A DNA stretch of 64,000 nucleotides from an uncultured Gemmatimonadales bacterium (GTDB lineage: Bacteria; Gemmatimonadota; Gemmatimonadetes; Gemmatimonadales; Gemmatimonadaceae), in contig CAWKMU010000003.1 of the NCBI GenBank assembly GCA_963850905.1, forward strand, positions 2,816,001 through 2,880,000, in the 5' to 3' direction. The position numbers and the translations under genes were made by a program. The first letter of the stretch is position 1, and every line of letters starts with the position of its first letter. Under the pieces are notes generated by a model that worked only from the letters and a program-made list of their open reading frames with translations, was not told the DNA's origin and did not search any database. Positions 49,160 to 58,928 of this stretch are shown piece by piece.

Positions 49160-50518
49160 GTGACGCTCGGCGCCGACGTCGCCGTCATCGGGCTCGGTGT
49201 GAGTGGCCACGCTGTGGCCACACTGCTCGCCCGCGAGGGGATGCGGGTCTACGCGTCGGACGCGCTCGACAGTGAGTCGATCCGAGGCACTGCGGCCGCC
49301 TTGCAGCGTACAGGCGTCGAGGTCGACGTCGGCCGCCACGATCTCGCACGCATCCGCAACGCGGCGCGGGTCGTCGTAAGCCCGGGCGTCCCACCGGACG
49401 CGCCGGCGATGGCCGCCGCCCGGGCGGCCGGCGTGCCGGTCGTGTCCGAGATCGAGGTTGCGCTCGCGCATCTTCCAGGGGTGCGCTACATCGCCGTGAC
49501 GGGCACCAACGGGAAAACGACGACGACGGCGCTGGTGGGACACCTCCTCCGCGCGCTTGGGCGCGACGCCGTTGATGCCGGCAATATCGGACTTCCGCTA
49601 TCGGCAGTCGCGCTGCGCGACCAGCGTCCGGAGTGGGTCGCGCTGGAACTCTCGTCCTTTCAGCTTCATGATACTCCGAGTATTGATCCGACCGTTGGTG
49701 TGCTGACGAACCTGAGCCCGGATCACCTCGATCGCTATGCGAGCACGGAGGCCTACTACGCGGACAAGGCGCTGCTGTTCGCCAACGCCGGGCAGAGATC
49801 CGTCACGGTGACCAACGCCGACGATGCTGCCGCGCGAGCCATGGGCGTGCGCGCTCCGGGTCGCCATTACCTGTTCTCGGTCGACGGGAACGACGCTGAC
49901 GCCGGGTACGTGCGTGCATCGCGCGAACTGAACCTGCTGGCGCAGCCGCTGCTGTCGCGCTCCACATTCCCGTTGCTGGGCGACCACAACGTCGCGAACG
50001 CGCTGGCGGCCGCCCTCGCGGTCACGGTCGCGGATGAGTCGCACCGGCAGCCAAGCGCCCGCGTGCGCATCGCGAGCGCGCTGGAGACATTCCGCGCGTT
50101 GCCCCATCGGCTGCAGCTGATCGGGGAGTACGCTGGCGTACAATGGATCGATGACTCCAAAGCGACAAACGTGAGCTCGGCGCGGGTCGCGCTCGAGAGC
50201 ATGAGCCGGCCGACAATCGCCCTGTTGGGCGGACGCCATAAGGGCGAGCCGTATACGGCGCTCGCGGAGCCTCTCCAACGGACCGGCAAGCTCGTCCTGG
50301 CGTACGGGGAAGCGGGCCCGATCATCCAGAAGGACCTCGGTGGCTTGGTGCCACTGGAGCGGTTGGGATTCGATTTCGCCGCGGTCGTTGCCCGGGCTCG
50401 CGCGGTGGCGGCCCCCGGGGATGTCGTGCTCCTGGCGCCAGCGTGCTCGAGCTTCGACATGTTCCGCAACTACGGGGAACGCGGAGACACGTTCTCGCGG
50501 CTGGCGGCGCTCGCTTGA
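49160..50518 (+). CDS. murD: UDP-MurNAc-L-Ala--D-Glu ligase
   Basis: GLGVSG, VVSPGVP, GTNGKTTT, ELSSFQL, DHLDRY, DDSKATN, PACSSFDMF. Confidence 0.96.
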   Translation: MTLGADVAVIGLGVSGHAVATLLAREGMRVYASDALDSESIRGTAAALQRTGVEVDVGRHDLARIRNAARVVVSPGVPPDAPAMAAARAAGVPVVSEIEVALAHLPGVRYIAVTGTNGKTTTTALVGHLLRALGRDAVDAGNIGLPLSAVALRDQRPEWVALELSSFQLHDTPSIDPTVGVLTNLSPDHLDRYASTEAYYADKALLFANAGQRSVTVTNADDAAARAMGVRAPGRHYLFSVDGNDADAGYVRASRELNLLAQPLLSRSTFPLLGDHNVANALAAALAVTVADESHRQPSARVRIASALETFRALPHRLQLIGEYAGVQWIDDSKATNVSSARVALESMSRPTIALLGGRHKGEPYTALAEPLQRTGKLVLAYGEAGPIIQKDLGGLVPLERLGFDFAAVVARARAVAAPGDVVLLAPACSSFDMFRNYGERGDTFSRLAALA

Positions 50519-51705
50519 TGCGGGGCCGCAAGACGGATTACCGCCCTGCGCACATTCGCGAGCGATGGCGCATGAGCGTCGAGGCACGCGCCCTCGTGTT
50601 GGTGACCGCGGCCCTGTTGGCGTTTGGCCTGGCGGTGATGTATAGCGCGAGCGCAATCGTGGCAGTCGATACGGGCCACAGCAGCGCCTATTACTTCGTG
50701 CGGCAGCTCGCCGGAATCGCCGCGGGGATCGTTGCCTTCGCGGTCGCGGCAAAGATGGACGCCGAGCGCTGGTCGCGCTGGGCATGGCCGCTCATGGGCG
50801 TCAGTCTGGCGCTGATGCTGATTGTAGTGCTGCCCTTCACGCAATCAATCGCCCCGCGAATTCACGGGTCGAGGCGGTTCCTGTTTGGTGCATCGGTGCA
50901 GCCCTCCGAGCTCGCGAAGCTGGCCGTTGTGGTGTGGACGGCCATGCTCGTCGTCCGGAAAGGCGATGCCCTTCGCGGCCTGACGAAAGGCGTCCTGCCG
51001 TTCATCGTCGTCGTGGGTGCGCTCGATATTCTGGCGGCGCTCGAACCGGACCTTTCGACAGCCATGCTCTATACGCTGCTCATGGCGATCGTTCTCTTCT
51101 CGGGTGGCGTCCGGATCGGTCACTTTCTCCTGCTCGGCGTCTTGTCCATCCCGGTGCTGTGGCATGAGGCGGAACGGCTCCACTATGTGCTGTTGCGCAC
51201 GATCTCGTTCTTCGATCCCGGTCGAGCACCAGCCGAGGTGGGGTACCAGCTCCGCCAATCGCTCATTGCAGTGGGATCGGGCCGTCTCATCGGCGTCGGG
51301 TTCGGTCAGGGGCGACAGCAATACGGCTTTCTCCCGTTCCCTTTCAACGACTTCGTCGCGAGCAACATCGGCGAGGAGTGGGGATTCGTCGGGCTCCTGA
51401 CGCTCGTGTTGACCTTCGCGGCCTACGGGTGGCTGGGGTTTCGTATCGCCCGCGAGGCGCGATCGCCCTTCCAGCAGCTGTTGGCGATCGGCTTGACGGT
51501 CACCACGCTCATTACCGCATACCTGCACGTGGGGGTGGTGATCGGACTGCTCCCGACCACCGGGCTGACCCTGCCATTTATCTCGTATGGGCGATCGAAC
51601 CTCGTGCTCTCACTGCTCATGACGGGCATTCTGATCAACATCGGCAGTGTGCGTGAACGCGTGGTGGGAGCGCACGCCACCGATCCTCACGCGATCGCCC
51701 GCTGA
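50518..51705 (+). CDS. ftsW: SEDS peptidoglycan polymerase FtsW
   Basis: MYSAS, QPSELAK, EPDLST, YQLRQSLIA, GEEWG, TGLTLPFISYG. Confidence 0.93.
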   Translation: MRGRKTDYRPAHIRERWRMSVEARALVLVTAALLAFGLAVMYSASAIVAVDTGHSSAYYFVRQLAGIAAGIVAFAVAAKMDAERWSRWAWPLMGVSLALMLIVVLPFTQSIAPRIHGSRRFLFGASVQPSELAKLAVVVWTAMLVVRKGDALRGLTKGVLPFIVVVGALDILAALEPDLSTAMLYTLLMAIVLFSGGVRIGHFLLLGVLSIPVLWHEAERLHYVLLRTISFFDPGRAPAEVGYQLRQSLIAVGSGRLIGVGFGQGRQQYGFLPFPFNDFVASNIGEEWGFVGLLTLVLTFAAYGWLGFRIAREARSPFQQLLAIGLTVTTLITAYLHVGVVIGLLPTTGLTLPFISYGRSNLVLSLLMTGILINIGSVRERVVGAHATDPHAIAR

Positions 51706-51715
51706 CCGATCGCCC

Positions 51716-52888
51716 GTGGCCGACGGCTCGAGCCTGATCTCGTCGCCTGACTCGACGTCAGCCCCGGTCGCTCCGCGGCGTGTAGGACGGCCGACCATCG
51801 TGGTCGCGGGCGGAGGGACCGGGGGCCATCTCTACCCGGGACTCGCCATCGCGCGGGCACTGACGAAACTGTCTCCCGGTCTCGACATCCTGTTCATCGG
51901 TGCGCGACGCGGCATCGAGCGCACGATCCTTCCGCAGCAGCCCTTCGCTTACGAGCTGCTCGATCTTCATCCACTCTATCGGCCAGCTGTCTGGCGCAAC
52001 TGGCGTACAGTGTGGGGCGCGGCGAACGCATGGCGCCACCTCGGCAAGCTCTTTGCCCCAGGCCCGCCACAGCTCGTTCTCGGCACCGGCGGGTATGCGT
52101 CGGCCGTGACTTTGGCGTACGCGGCCGCGCACGGTACCCCGATTGTTCAACAGATCGCCGATAGCTATCCGGGATTGACCGCGCGGTGGTTCGTCCGTTT
52201 TTGCCGCGAGGCCTATCTCGGATACCCCGAGGCGGTCGAGCACCTCGGGCACAGTGGACGCACGGTGCTGCTCGACACCGGGAACCCGATCGATCCGCCG
52301 CCGGACCCTCATCCCGACCGCGCGACAGCGCGACAGACATGGCAGCTGCCGCCGCACGTCGATACGGTATTGCTCGTCTTTGGCGGCAGTCAGGGGGCGC
52401 GTGCGCTCAACGAAGCGGTCGACGCATGGCTGGACCGTCCGCTCCCCGACCGGTTGGGCGTGATTTGGGCGACGGGCGCGTCCGCGTTCGAGAAATACTC
52501 GCGCCGGGAAGCGGCCACCGTTCGGGTGCGCCCGTATCTCTCGCCGATCGCTGAGGCGTACGCGGCGAGCGATCTCGTACTCGCCAGGGCGGGGGCGATG
52601 ACGACCGCCGAATTGTGCGCGTGGGGGCTCCCCATGGTGCTCGTGCCGCTGCCGACCGCCGCTGCGGATCATCAGAGCGCTAATGCACGGGCGCTCGCTG
52701 CTGCGGGCGCCGCCGTCCATCTCCCGCAGCGCGAACTGACCGTTGATCGCCTCGATACCTGCCTCCGCGATCTCCTGGGCAACCCGGAGCGCCGGCAAGG
52801 ACTGGCCACGGCCGCGCTCGCGCGCGGCCGGCCTGGTGCGTCGGAGACTATTGCTCGTCGGATACTTAGCTTGATTCAGCTCAGGTGA
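51716..52888 (+). CDS. murG: Lipid II GlcNAc transferase
   Basis: GGGTGGHLYPG, GTGGYAS, TGNP, GGSQGA, RAGAMT, HQSANA. Confidence 0.96.
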   Translation: MADGSSLISSPDSTSAPVAPRRVGRPTIVVAGGGTGGHLYPGLAIARALTKLSPGLDILFIGARRGIERTILPQQPFAYELLDLHPLYRPAVWRNWRTVWGAANAWRHLGKLFAPGPPQLVLGTGGYASAVTLAYAAAHGTPIVQQIADSYPGLTARWFVRFCREAYLGYPEAVEHLGHSGRTVLLDTGNPIDPPPDPHPDRATARQTWQLPPHVDTVLLVFGGSQGARALNEAVDAWLDRPLPDRLGVIWATGASAFEKYSRREAATVRVRPYLSPIAEAYAASDLVLARAGAMTTAELCAWGLPMVLVPLPTAAADHQSANARALAAAGAAVHLPQRELTVDRLDTCLRDLLGNPERRQGLATAALARGRPGASETIARRILSLIQLR

Positions 52889-52896
52889 TTTCAGGC

Positions 52897-52925
52897 TTGA
52901 GCGTGCGCTGCGGCGATCCTATATT
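52897..52925 (+). promoter_or_regulatory. Internal sigma70-type promoter before murC
   Basis: TTGAGC-N17-TATATT in the 51-bp murG-murC gap. Confidence 0.5.
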
Positions 52926-52939
52926 CACCCCGCCGACTC

Positions 52940-54364
52940 ATGCCGCTCATTGACCCCGCCGACGATCGCCCGATCCACTTCGTGGGGATTGCCGGCGCCG
53001 GCATGAGCGCACTCGCCGAGTTGCTCGTTCGCCGGGGTGCCCGCGTCACCGGGTGTGATGCACACGGGGACACGACGGGGGATCTCGAACGGCTCGGTCT
53101 CTCCGTCGCGGCAGGTCACGACCCAGCGCACGTGGACGGCGCGCGTGCAGTCGTCGTGACATCGGCTGTGCCGCGTGATCACCCGGAGTTGGAGCGTGCC
53201 CGCCTGCTGGGCATCCCAGTGATTCGCCGGGCGGAGGCGCTGGCCGAAGCGGTTTCCGGTGGTACGGTCGTCGCAATCGCCGGAACACACGGGAAGACCA
53301 CGACAACCGTCATGACCACGGAGGCTCTCGCGGCAGCTGCCCTGGACCCGACGGGCGTGGTGGGGGGACGGGTGGCGGCGTGGGGCGGCAATTTGCGCCT
53401 TGGTCGCCCCGCTCTGGCTGTTGTGGAGGCCGACGAGTACGATCGATCCTTTCTCGCGTTGGCGCCGACGGTCGCCGTCGTCACGAATATGGAGGCGGAT
53501 CACCTCGATATCTATTCGGATATGGCCGACATCCGAACGGCGTTCGCGACCTTTGTCCGACCCGCTTCGCAGATCGTCATCGGGGCCGACGACGCTGGCG
53601 CCGCAAGCCTGTCGCTCCCGCGGAGTGCGCGCGTGGTCCGGTTCGGGATCACGGCGGCCGATGCCGATCTCGCCGCCCACCAGGTCCGGGTGACGACGAG
53701 CGGCTCCACGTTTGATGTGGTGTCGAACGGCGATCGCCTGGGGCGGGTGACCCTGCGCGTGCCCGGGCTGCACAACGTCAGGAACGCACTCGCAGCGATT
53801 GGTGCGAGTCTCGCTGTTGGAGCGTCGTTCGACGCTCTCGTGCCGGGCCTCGAGCGTTTCACGGGCGTGGAACGCAGGTTTCAGCGGCTTGGTGAAATTG
53901 GCGAGGTGGCCGTCATCGACGACTACGCGCACCACCCGACTGAAATCAGCGCCACATTGGCCGCGGCACGCGACGCATTCCCGCGCCGCCGCATCATCGT
54001 CGCGTTTCAGCCCCACTTGTTTACGCGGACCCGGGACTTCGCGCAGGAATTCGGGGTCGCGCTGAGCGCCGCTGACCTCGTGTTCCTGGCGGATATCTAC
54101 CCGGCACGCGAGCGTCCGCTCCCCGGGGTCTCCTCGGATCTCATTGCTCGCGCGATCACCGACCGTGGGGGGACCGTTGCCTGGCGTGGCGACCGCCCGA
54201 CGCTGGCGAGCGCCCTCGGGCGGATGGTCCGGCCTGGCGACGTCGTGCTGACCGTTGGCGCGGGCGATATCACTCGGACGGGGCCGGAGCTACTGGCCTT
54301 GCTCGCGGGCCCAACGACGCCGGGCGAGCACGCGGCGCCGGCCACAAAGCGGCGCTCCGCCTGA
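52940..54364 (+). CDS. murC: UDP-MurNAc--L-Ala ligase
   Basis: HFVGIAGAGMSALA, GTHGKTTTT, EADEYD, DHLD, DDYAHHPTEI, FQPH, GAGDI. Confidence 0.97.
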   Translation: MPLIDPADDRPIHFVGIAGAGMSALAELLVRRGARVTGCDAHGDTTGDLERLGLSVAAGHDPAHVDGARAVVVTSAVPRDHPELERARLLGIPVIRRAEALAEAVSGGTVVAIAGTHGKTTTTVMTTEALAAAALDPTGVVGGRVAAWGGNLRLGRPALAVVEADEYDRSFLALAPTVAVVTNMEADHLDIYSDMADIRTAFATFVRPASQIVIGADDAGAASLSLPRSARVVRFGITAADADLAAHQVRVTTSGSTFDVVSNGDRLGRVTLRVPGLHNVRNALAAIGASLAVGASFDALVPGLERFTGVERRFQRLGEIGEVAVIDDYAHHPTEISATLAAARDAFPRRRIIVAFQPHLFTRTRDFAQEFGVALSAADLVFLADIYPARERPLPGVSSDLIARAITDRGGTVAWRGDRPTLASALGRMVRPGDVVLTVGAGDITRTGPELLALLAGPTTPGEHAAPATKRRSA

Positions 54365-54366
54365 TC

Positions 54367-55062
54367 ATGCCGTCTGCCATGCATGCGCCGCTCCGCCGGT
54401 CGGCACTTGTCGCTGGCCTCGTCGCCATCGGTGGCTCGGCACCCTGGTGGGGGACGCACGCGCTCGGGACACTCGCTTTCTTCCGGGTGCGCGCCGTCGA
54501 GGTCCAGGGTGCACATTATGTCTCACCTCAGGCGGTGGTCGAGCGGCTCCGTGTCGATACACTGATGTCGGTGTGGAATGATCTTCGCCCGCTCGCCGGG
54601 CGCGTACGAGCCATGGCCGGGATCCGGGACGTCGCCATTGGACGCTCGCTTCCGAGCACGATCGTCGTCCACGTTACCGAGCGTACCCCCGTGGCATTCG
54701 CACCAACGGTTGCTGGTCTCCGCGTGTTCGACGGGACCGGTGCGCCGCTCCCGATTGATCCGACGCGGGAGGATCTCGACTTGCCGGTCGTCCAGCACAG
54801 CGATGTCGGGACCCTCAAGCTGCTCGCGAGCCTGCGGGAGCACGTACCGGTTTTCTACGCTCAGATCAGCCAGGTTCGGCGAACCCCGACGGGTGACCTC
54901 GTGTTTCAACTGCCCGGTCTGCGCGTGCTTGCGCTGAGCGACGCCGATCCGCAACGCTTTGCGACGGTGCCGCTGGTGACGGCTGATCTCGTGCGGCGCA
55001 GGGTGCACGCGCAGGAGATCGATCTGCGTTTCCGCGATCAAGTCGTTGCGAGGTGGCAATGA
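54367..55062 (+). CDS. ftsQ: FtsQ/DivIB POTRA protein
   Basis: N-terminal TM, FRVRAVEVQG, RSLPSTIVVHVTERTPVA, IDLRF; located before ftsA. Confidence 0.85.
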   Translation: MPSAMHAPLRRSALVAGLVAIGGSAPWWGTHALGTLAFFRVRAVEVQGAHYVSPQAVVERLRVDTLMSVWNDLRPLAGRVRAMAGIRDVAIGRSLPSTIVVHVTERTPVAFAPTVAGLRVFDGTGAPLPIDPTREDLDLPVVQHSDVGTLKLLASLREHVPVFYAQISQVRRTPTGDLVFQLPGLRVLALSDADPQRFATVPLVTADLVRRRVHAQEIDLRFRDQVVARWQ

Positions 55063-55072
55063 GGTGTTGCCG

Positions 55073-56348
55073 ATGACCGCGCGGGGAAGCGTCTCTGACA
55101 AGCTCGTCGCCGCCCTCGACATCGGCTCGGCCAAGACGACAGCGGTCATCGCGGATGTCGTCGGCGATCTGCCGCGCAGTCCGCGCATCAAGATCCTCGG
55201 AGTCGGGCAGGCGCGGACGACGGGCCTCCGTCGGGGCGTCGTCGCTGACATCGAGGAGACGACTCGGTCGATCCGCAAATCGCTCGAGGACGCCGAGCGC
55301 ATGGCGGGTGCGCGCGTGGCGGAAGTGTTTGCAGGCATCGCCGGAGCACACGTGCAAGCGATGACGAGCACGGGCGTGGTTGCCGTCAACGGAGAGGAGA
55401 TCACGCGCGCGGACGTCGAGCGTGCCAACGATGTCGCGCGCGCGCAGGCGATCCCGGCGGATCGCGAGCTGTTGCATGCGATCCCCCAGGAGTACACGGT
55501 CGATCGAAATCGAGGCATCCGCGATCCCATCGGCATGATCGGCACGCGGCTCGAGACGGAGATGTACCTCGTGACGATCGGTGGGTCACCCGCTGTCAAT
55601 CTGCGCAAGGCGGTCGAACGCGCAGGCTACCGCGTCCGCGAACTTGTTCTCGAGCCATTGGCGAGCGCGCTGAGCGTCCTCACTGACGATGAGAAGGAGC
55701 TCGGGGTGGGTCTGGTCGAGCTTGGCGCCGGCACCACGGATCTCGCCATCTTTCATGAAGGGAAAATTCGGCACCTCGCCAGCGTGAACTTCGGCGGGAA
55801 CAGCGTCACCAACGACATCGTGCTTGGCCTCAAAGTGACGCCAGACGATGCCGACCGCCTGAAAGAGCGCTACGGCTGCGCGTACGAGGCACTGGCAGAC
55901 CCGGACCTGGTCATTCCGCTGCCCAGCACCGCCGCACAGGGGGAACGGATGCTCGACCAGCGCATCCCTCGTTCACATCATCCATCAGCGCATGGATGAG
56001 GTGTTCGAGCTGGTGCAGCGCGAGATTACGGACGCCGGGTACGCGAGACGCCTCAGTGCCGGGATCGTGCTGACGGGTGGTGGCGCGGGCATGCGCGGGA
56101 TGCGCGACCTCGCGACCGACGTGTTCGGCATCGGCGTGCGCGTCGGATCGCCGGCCGATAACACGAGCGGGCTGAGCGATGCGGTCGAGGCGCCCCGCTT
56201 CGCGACCGCCGTAGGCCTGGCGGAGTACGGCGCACAGCGCGTCGCGCTCGGGGGCGCGGCCAGTGGTGTGCGGCGCACCCCGGCGAGTAGCCCCGGGGTC
56301 GCGCGGTGGATCGAGCGAGTGCGTGTGTGGCTGCAGGACTTTTTTTGA
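55073..56348 (+). CDS. ftsA: Cell division protein FtsA; +1 frameshift at ~55966
   Basis: LDIGSAK, GLRRGVV, PIGMIG.RLE, ELGAGTT; then VLTGGG, RVGSP, FATAVGL and amphipathic WIERVRVWLQDFF in the +1 frame. Confidence 0.94.
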
Positions 56349-56404
56349 GCTTGCTCGCGTCTGTCCTTCTGAGTTCTCATAAAGATGATGTCAGCTCGCG
56401 CGAC

Positions 56405-56413
56405 TGTGGATAA
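56405..56413 (-). promoter_or_regulatory. Consensus DnaA box upstream of ftsZ
   Basis: TGTGGATAA on +, i.e. TTATCCACA on -, in the ftsA-ftsZ intergenic region. Confidence 0.55.
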
Positions 56414-56556
56414 GTTCGCGCGCGCGACCGGTTTCTGTTTTGCATGTGGGTCGTCGGCAAGTGTGGTCGCGGGAGGGAAAAACGTTATATTGCCGCGTCC
56501 AAAACACGGTCGGTTCGGACGGTCCGTCATTCACTCGTAGTGGAGTTCCGCTCGCC

Positions 56557-57751
56557 ATGATCTTCGAACTCGAGGAGAGCGCGTCGCAGAATGCCCGGAT
56601 GAAGGTGGTGGGCATTGGCGGTGGCGGCGGCAACGCGGTGAACCGGATGATCGAGGAGCATCTCGAGGGCGTCGAGTTCATCTCGGTCAACACCGACGCG
56701 CAGGCTCTGCTGAATTCGAAGTCGGACGTCAAGATCCAGATCGGGAAGAAGCTGACCCGAGGACTCGGCGCGGGTGCCCGCCCGGAGATCGGACGTCAGG
56801 CCATCGAGGAGAATCGGGAGGAAGTGGCGCGCTCCCTGGCCGGGGCCGATCTGGTGTTTATCACCTGCGGCATGGGTGGAGGTACTGGAACCGGGGCAGC
56901 CCCGATTGCGTGTGAGCTGGCGCGGGAAGTGGGTGCCCTCACGGTCGGGATCGTGACCAAGCCCTTCCTCTTCGAGGGGCGAAAGCGAATGCGCCAGGCT
57001 GAGATCGGCATCGCCGAGATGCGCAAGAACGTGGACACCATGATCGTGGTGCCCAACGAACGATTGCTCGCGGTCGTCGGGAAGGGGATCCCCTTCCAGG
57101 ACGCACTCAAGAAGGCGGACGAGGTGTTGCTGCACGCTACGCAGGGCATCTCGAGCCTGATCAGCGTCACGGGATTGGTCAACGTCGATTTTGCGGATGT
57201 GCGGACGGTCATGCAGGCGGGCGGGAGCGCACTGATGGGCACCGGTATCGGCCGCGGCGAGAACCGGGCGATGGAAGGCGCGCAGCAGGCAATCTCCTCA
57301 CCGCTGCTCGACAACATCTCGATCTCGGGCGCGACGGGCGTCCTCGTCAACATCACGGGCGGGGCCGATCTGACGCTGGGTGAGGTGCACCAGATCAACG
57401 AGATCATTCACGACGCCGTGGGCGACGACGCAGAGATCATTTTCGGCGCCGTGCATGAGCCCGCGATGCAGGGCGAGATCCGCGTAACCGTGATCGCAAC
57501 GGGATTCGATCGGCCCACGGTGGGTGCGTCGGGCGCGGTTGCAGCTGCAAGCGACTCTGGCAAGGGTCCGCCGGTCCTCCCGTTTCCCGCCCAGCGACAG
57601 CAGCGGCCGACGGTCGGCGCCACCCGCGTCGGAAACACAACCGATCTCCGCCGAGTGCCCAACACGTCGATCCCCCGCGAAGAGCGAACGGCTGCGCAGG
57701 ATCTCAGCGACATGGAGATCCCGACGTTCATTCGGAGACAGAATGGATTGA
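56557..57751 (+). CDS. ftsZ: Cell division protein FtsZ; +1 frameshift at ~57742 in the last codons
   Basis: [36 protein letters not shown]; removing one A gives the terminal peptide [11 protein letters not shown]. Confidence 0.97.
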
Positions 57752-58821
57752 CCTGGGCGGGCGCACGCCCCATTGCGTTCGCGGTGGCGGCGTCGCTCGC
57801 GGCGCTCACGGTCACGGCGCGGCCCGCAGTGGCCCGCGCGGCGCGCGCTCGGGCCCCCGGTGCCCAGGCCAAGGCGCCGGCCAGCGATACGAATGGGCGG
57901 GTCGTTGCGGCACACTTACCGCGGCTTCCGCCACTCGTCGTCGAGGCGAAAGCGGTCACGGACACAGTGCTGGTCGCCGGGCGTATCGCCACCAACCTGT
58001 ACGCCGCGCTGGACTCCTGCGCCGCGGCGACGTTCCCGCTCCATGCCCGATGGAAGTTGGCATGGTCAGTCGCGGACATCCTCGAGTACCGCGTCGACAT
58101 GAGCCGTGACCTCCGGGTTGGCGACGGATTCCGGGTTTTGGTCGAACGAGAGTTCGATCCGGCTGATGGGTTCCACACCGGACCCGTACTCGCGCTCATA
58201 TTCGTCGAATCCCGAGATACGCTCACTGCGATTCGTTTCCGTGCGACGACGTCGCTGAACGAGTCAGTCGCGAGCCAATACTTCGATGTGCGCGGACGAT
58301 CGCTGCGAGCGGCGTTCCTGCGAGCCCCGGTGGAATTCCGGCGGATCTCGAGCGGATTCGGAATGCGCCTCCACCCGATTCTCAAGGTTTGGCGCGCGCA
58401 CAAGGGCACGGACTATGTAGCCCCTGCCGGCACACCTGTCCGTGCGATCGGCGATGGCACGGTGATTTTCGCCGGTCAGAAAGGCGGCTACGGGAATGTG
58501 ATCGATCTCCGCCATCCCAATGGATACGTGACGCGCTACGGGCACCTATCACGCTTCGCGACGGGCATCCATCGCGGCGCGCGGGTGACGATCGGGAAGA
58601 CAATCGCTTATGTAGGGATGACGGGGTTGGCAACCGCCCCGCACTTGCACTTCGAAGTCCTTGTCAACGGCGTGCAGCACGATCCGCGCGTCGCGCTTCG
58701 GGATCGTGGTTCGGGCGAGCCGGTACCGTCCGCGCAACGTCCGGAGTTCGACGCGTTGGCGCTGCGCGCGATGGCTGCGTTGCATGGGGGACCGCCAATG
58801 GGGGCAGTCGCGGCTAACTGA
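57748..58821 (+). CDS. M23 family peptidoglycan endopeptidase (MepM-like)
   Basis: Own signal/TM after TTG 57748, RISSGFG, HKGTD (HxxxD), GYGN, YGHL, PHLHFE (HxH). Confidence 0.9.
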   Translation: MTWAGARPIAFAVAASLAALTVTARPAVARAARARAPGAQAKAPASDTNGRVVAAHLPRLPPLVVEAKAVTDTVLVAGRIATNLYAALDSCAAATFPLHARWKLAWSVADILEYRVDMSRDLRVGDGFRVLVEREFDPADGFHTGPVLALIFVESRDTLTAIRFRATTSLNESVASQYFDVRGRSLRAAFLRAPVEFRRISSGFGMRLHPILKVWRAHKGTDYVAPAGTPVRAIGDGTVIFAGQKGGYGNVIDLRHPNGYVTRYGHLSRFATGIHRGARVTIGKTIAYVGMTGLATAPHLHFEVLVNGVQHDPRVALRDRGSGEPVPSAQRPEFDALALRAMAALHGGPPMGAVAAN

Positions 58822-58928
58822 GACTGTCGACTACGGCGTCCGTCGCTGCCAGTCGTGGTCTACTTTCTACTTTTTTCTGCCCTGCTACTTTCTCCGGCGC
58901 ATTTTGCGCCCGCGCTACATTTCCCGGC

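Noticed and set aside
56440..58821. Apparent 793-aa FtsZ-M23 peptidase fusion
   Set aside because: Deleting one A in CAGAATG (~57742) restores the canonical FtsZ end PTFIRRQMD*. The M23 part has its own TTG start and export signal, and the same +1 error type recurs across the window.
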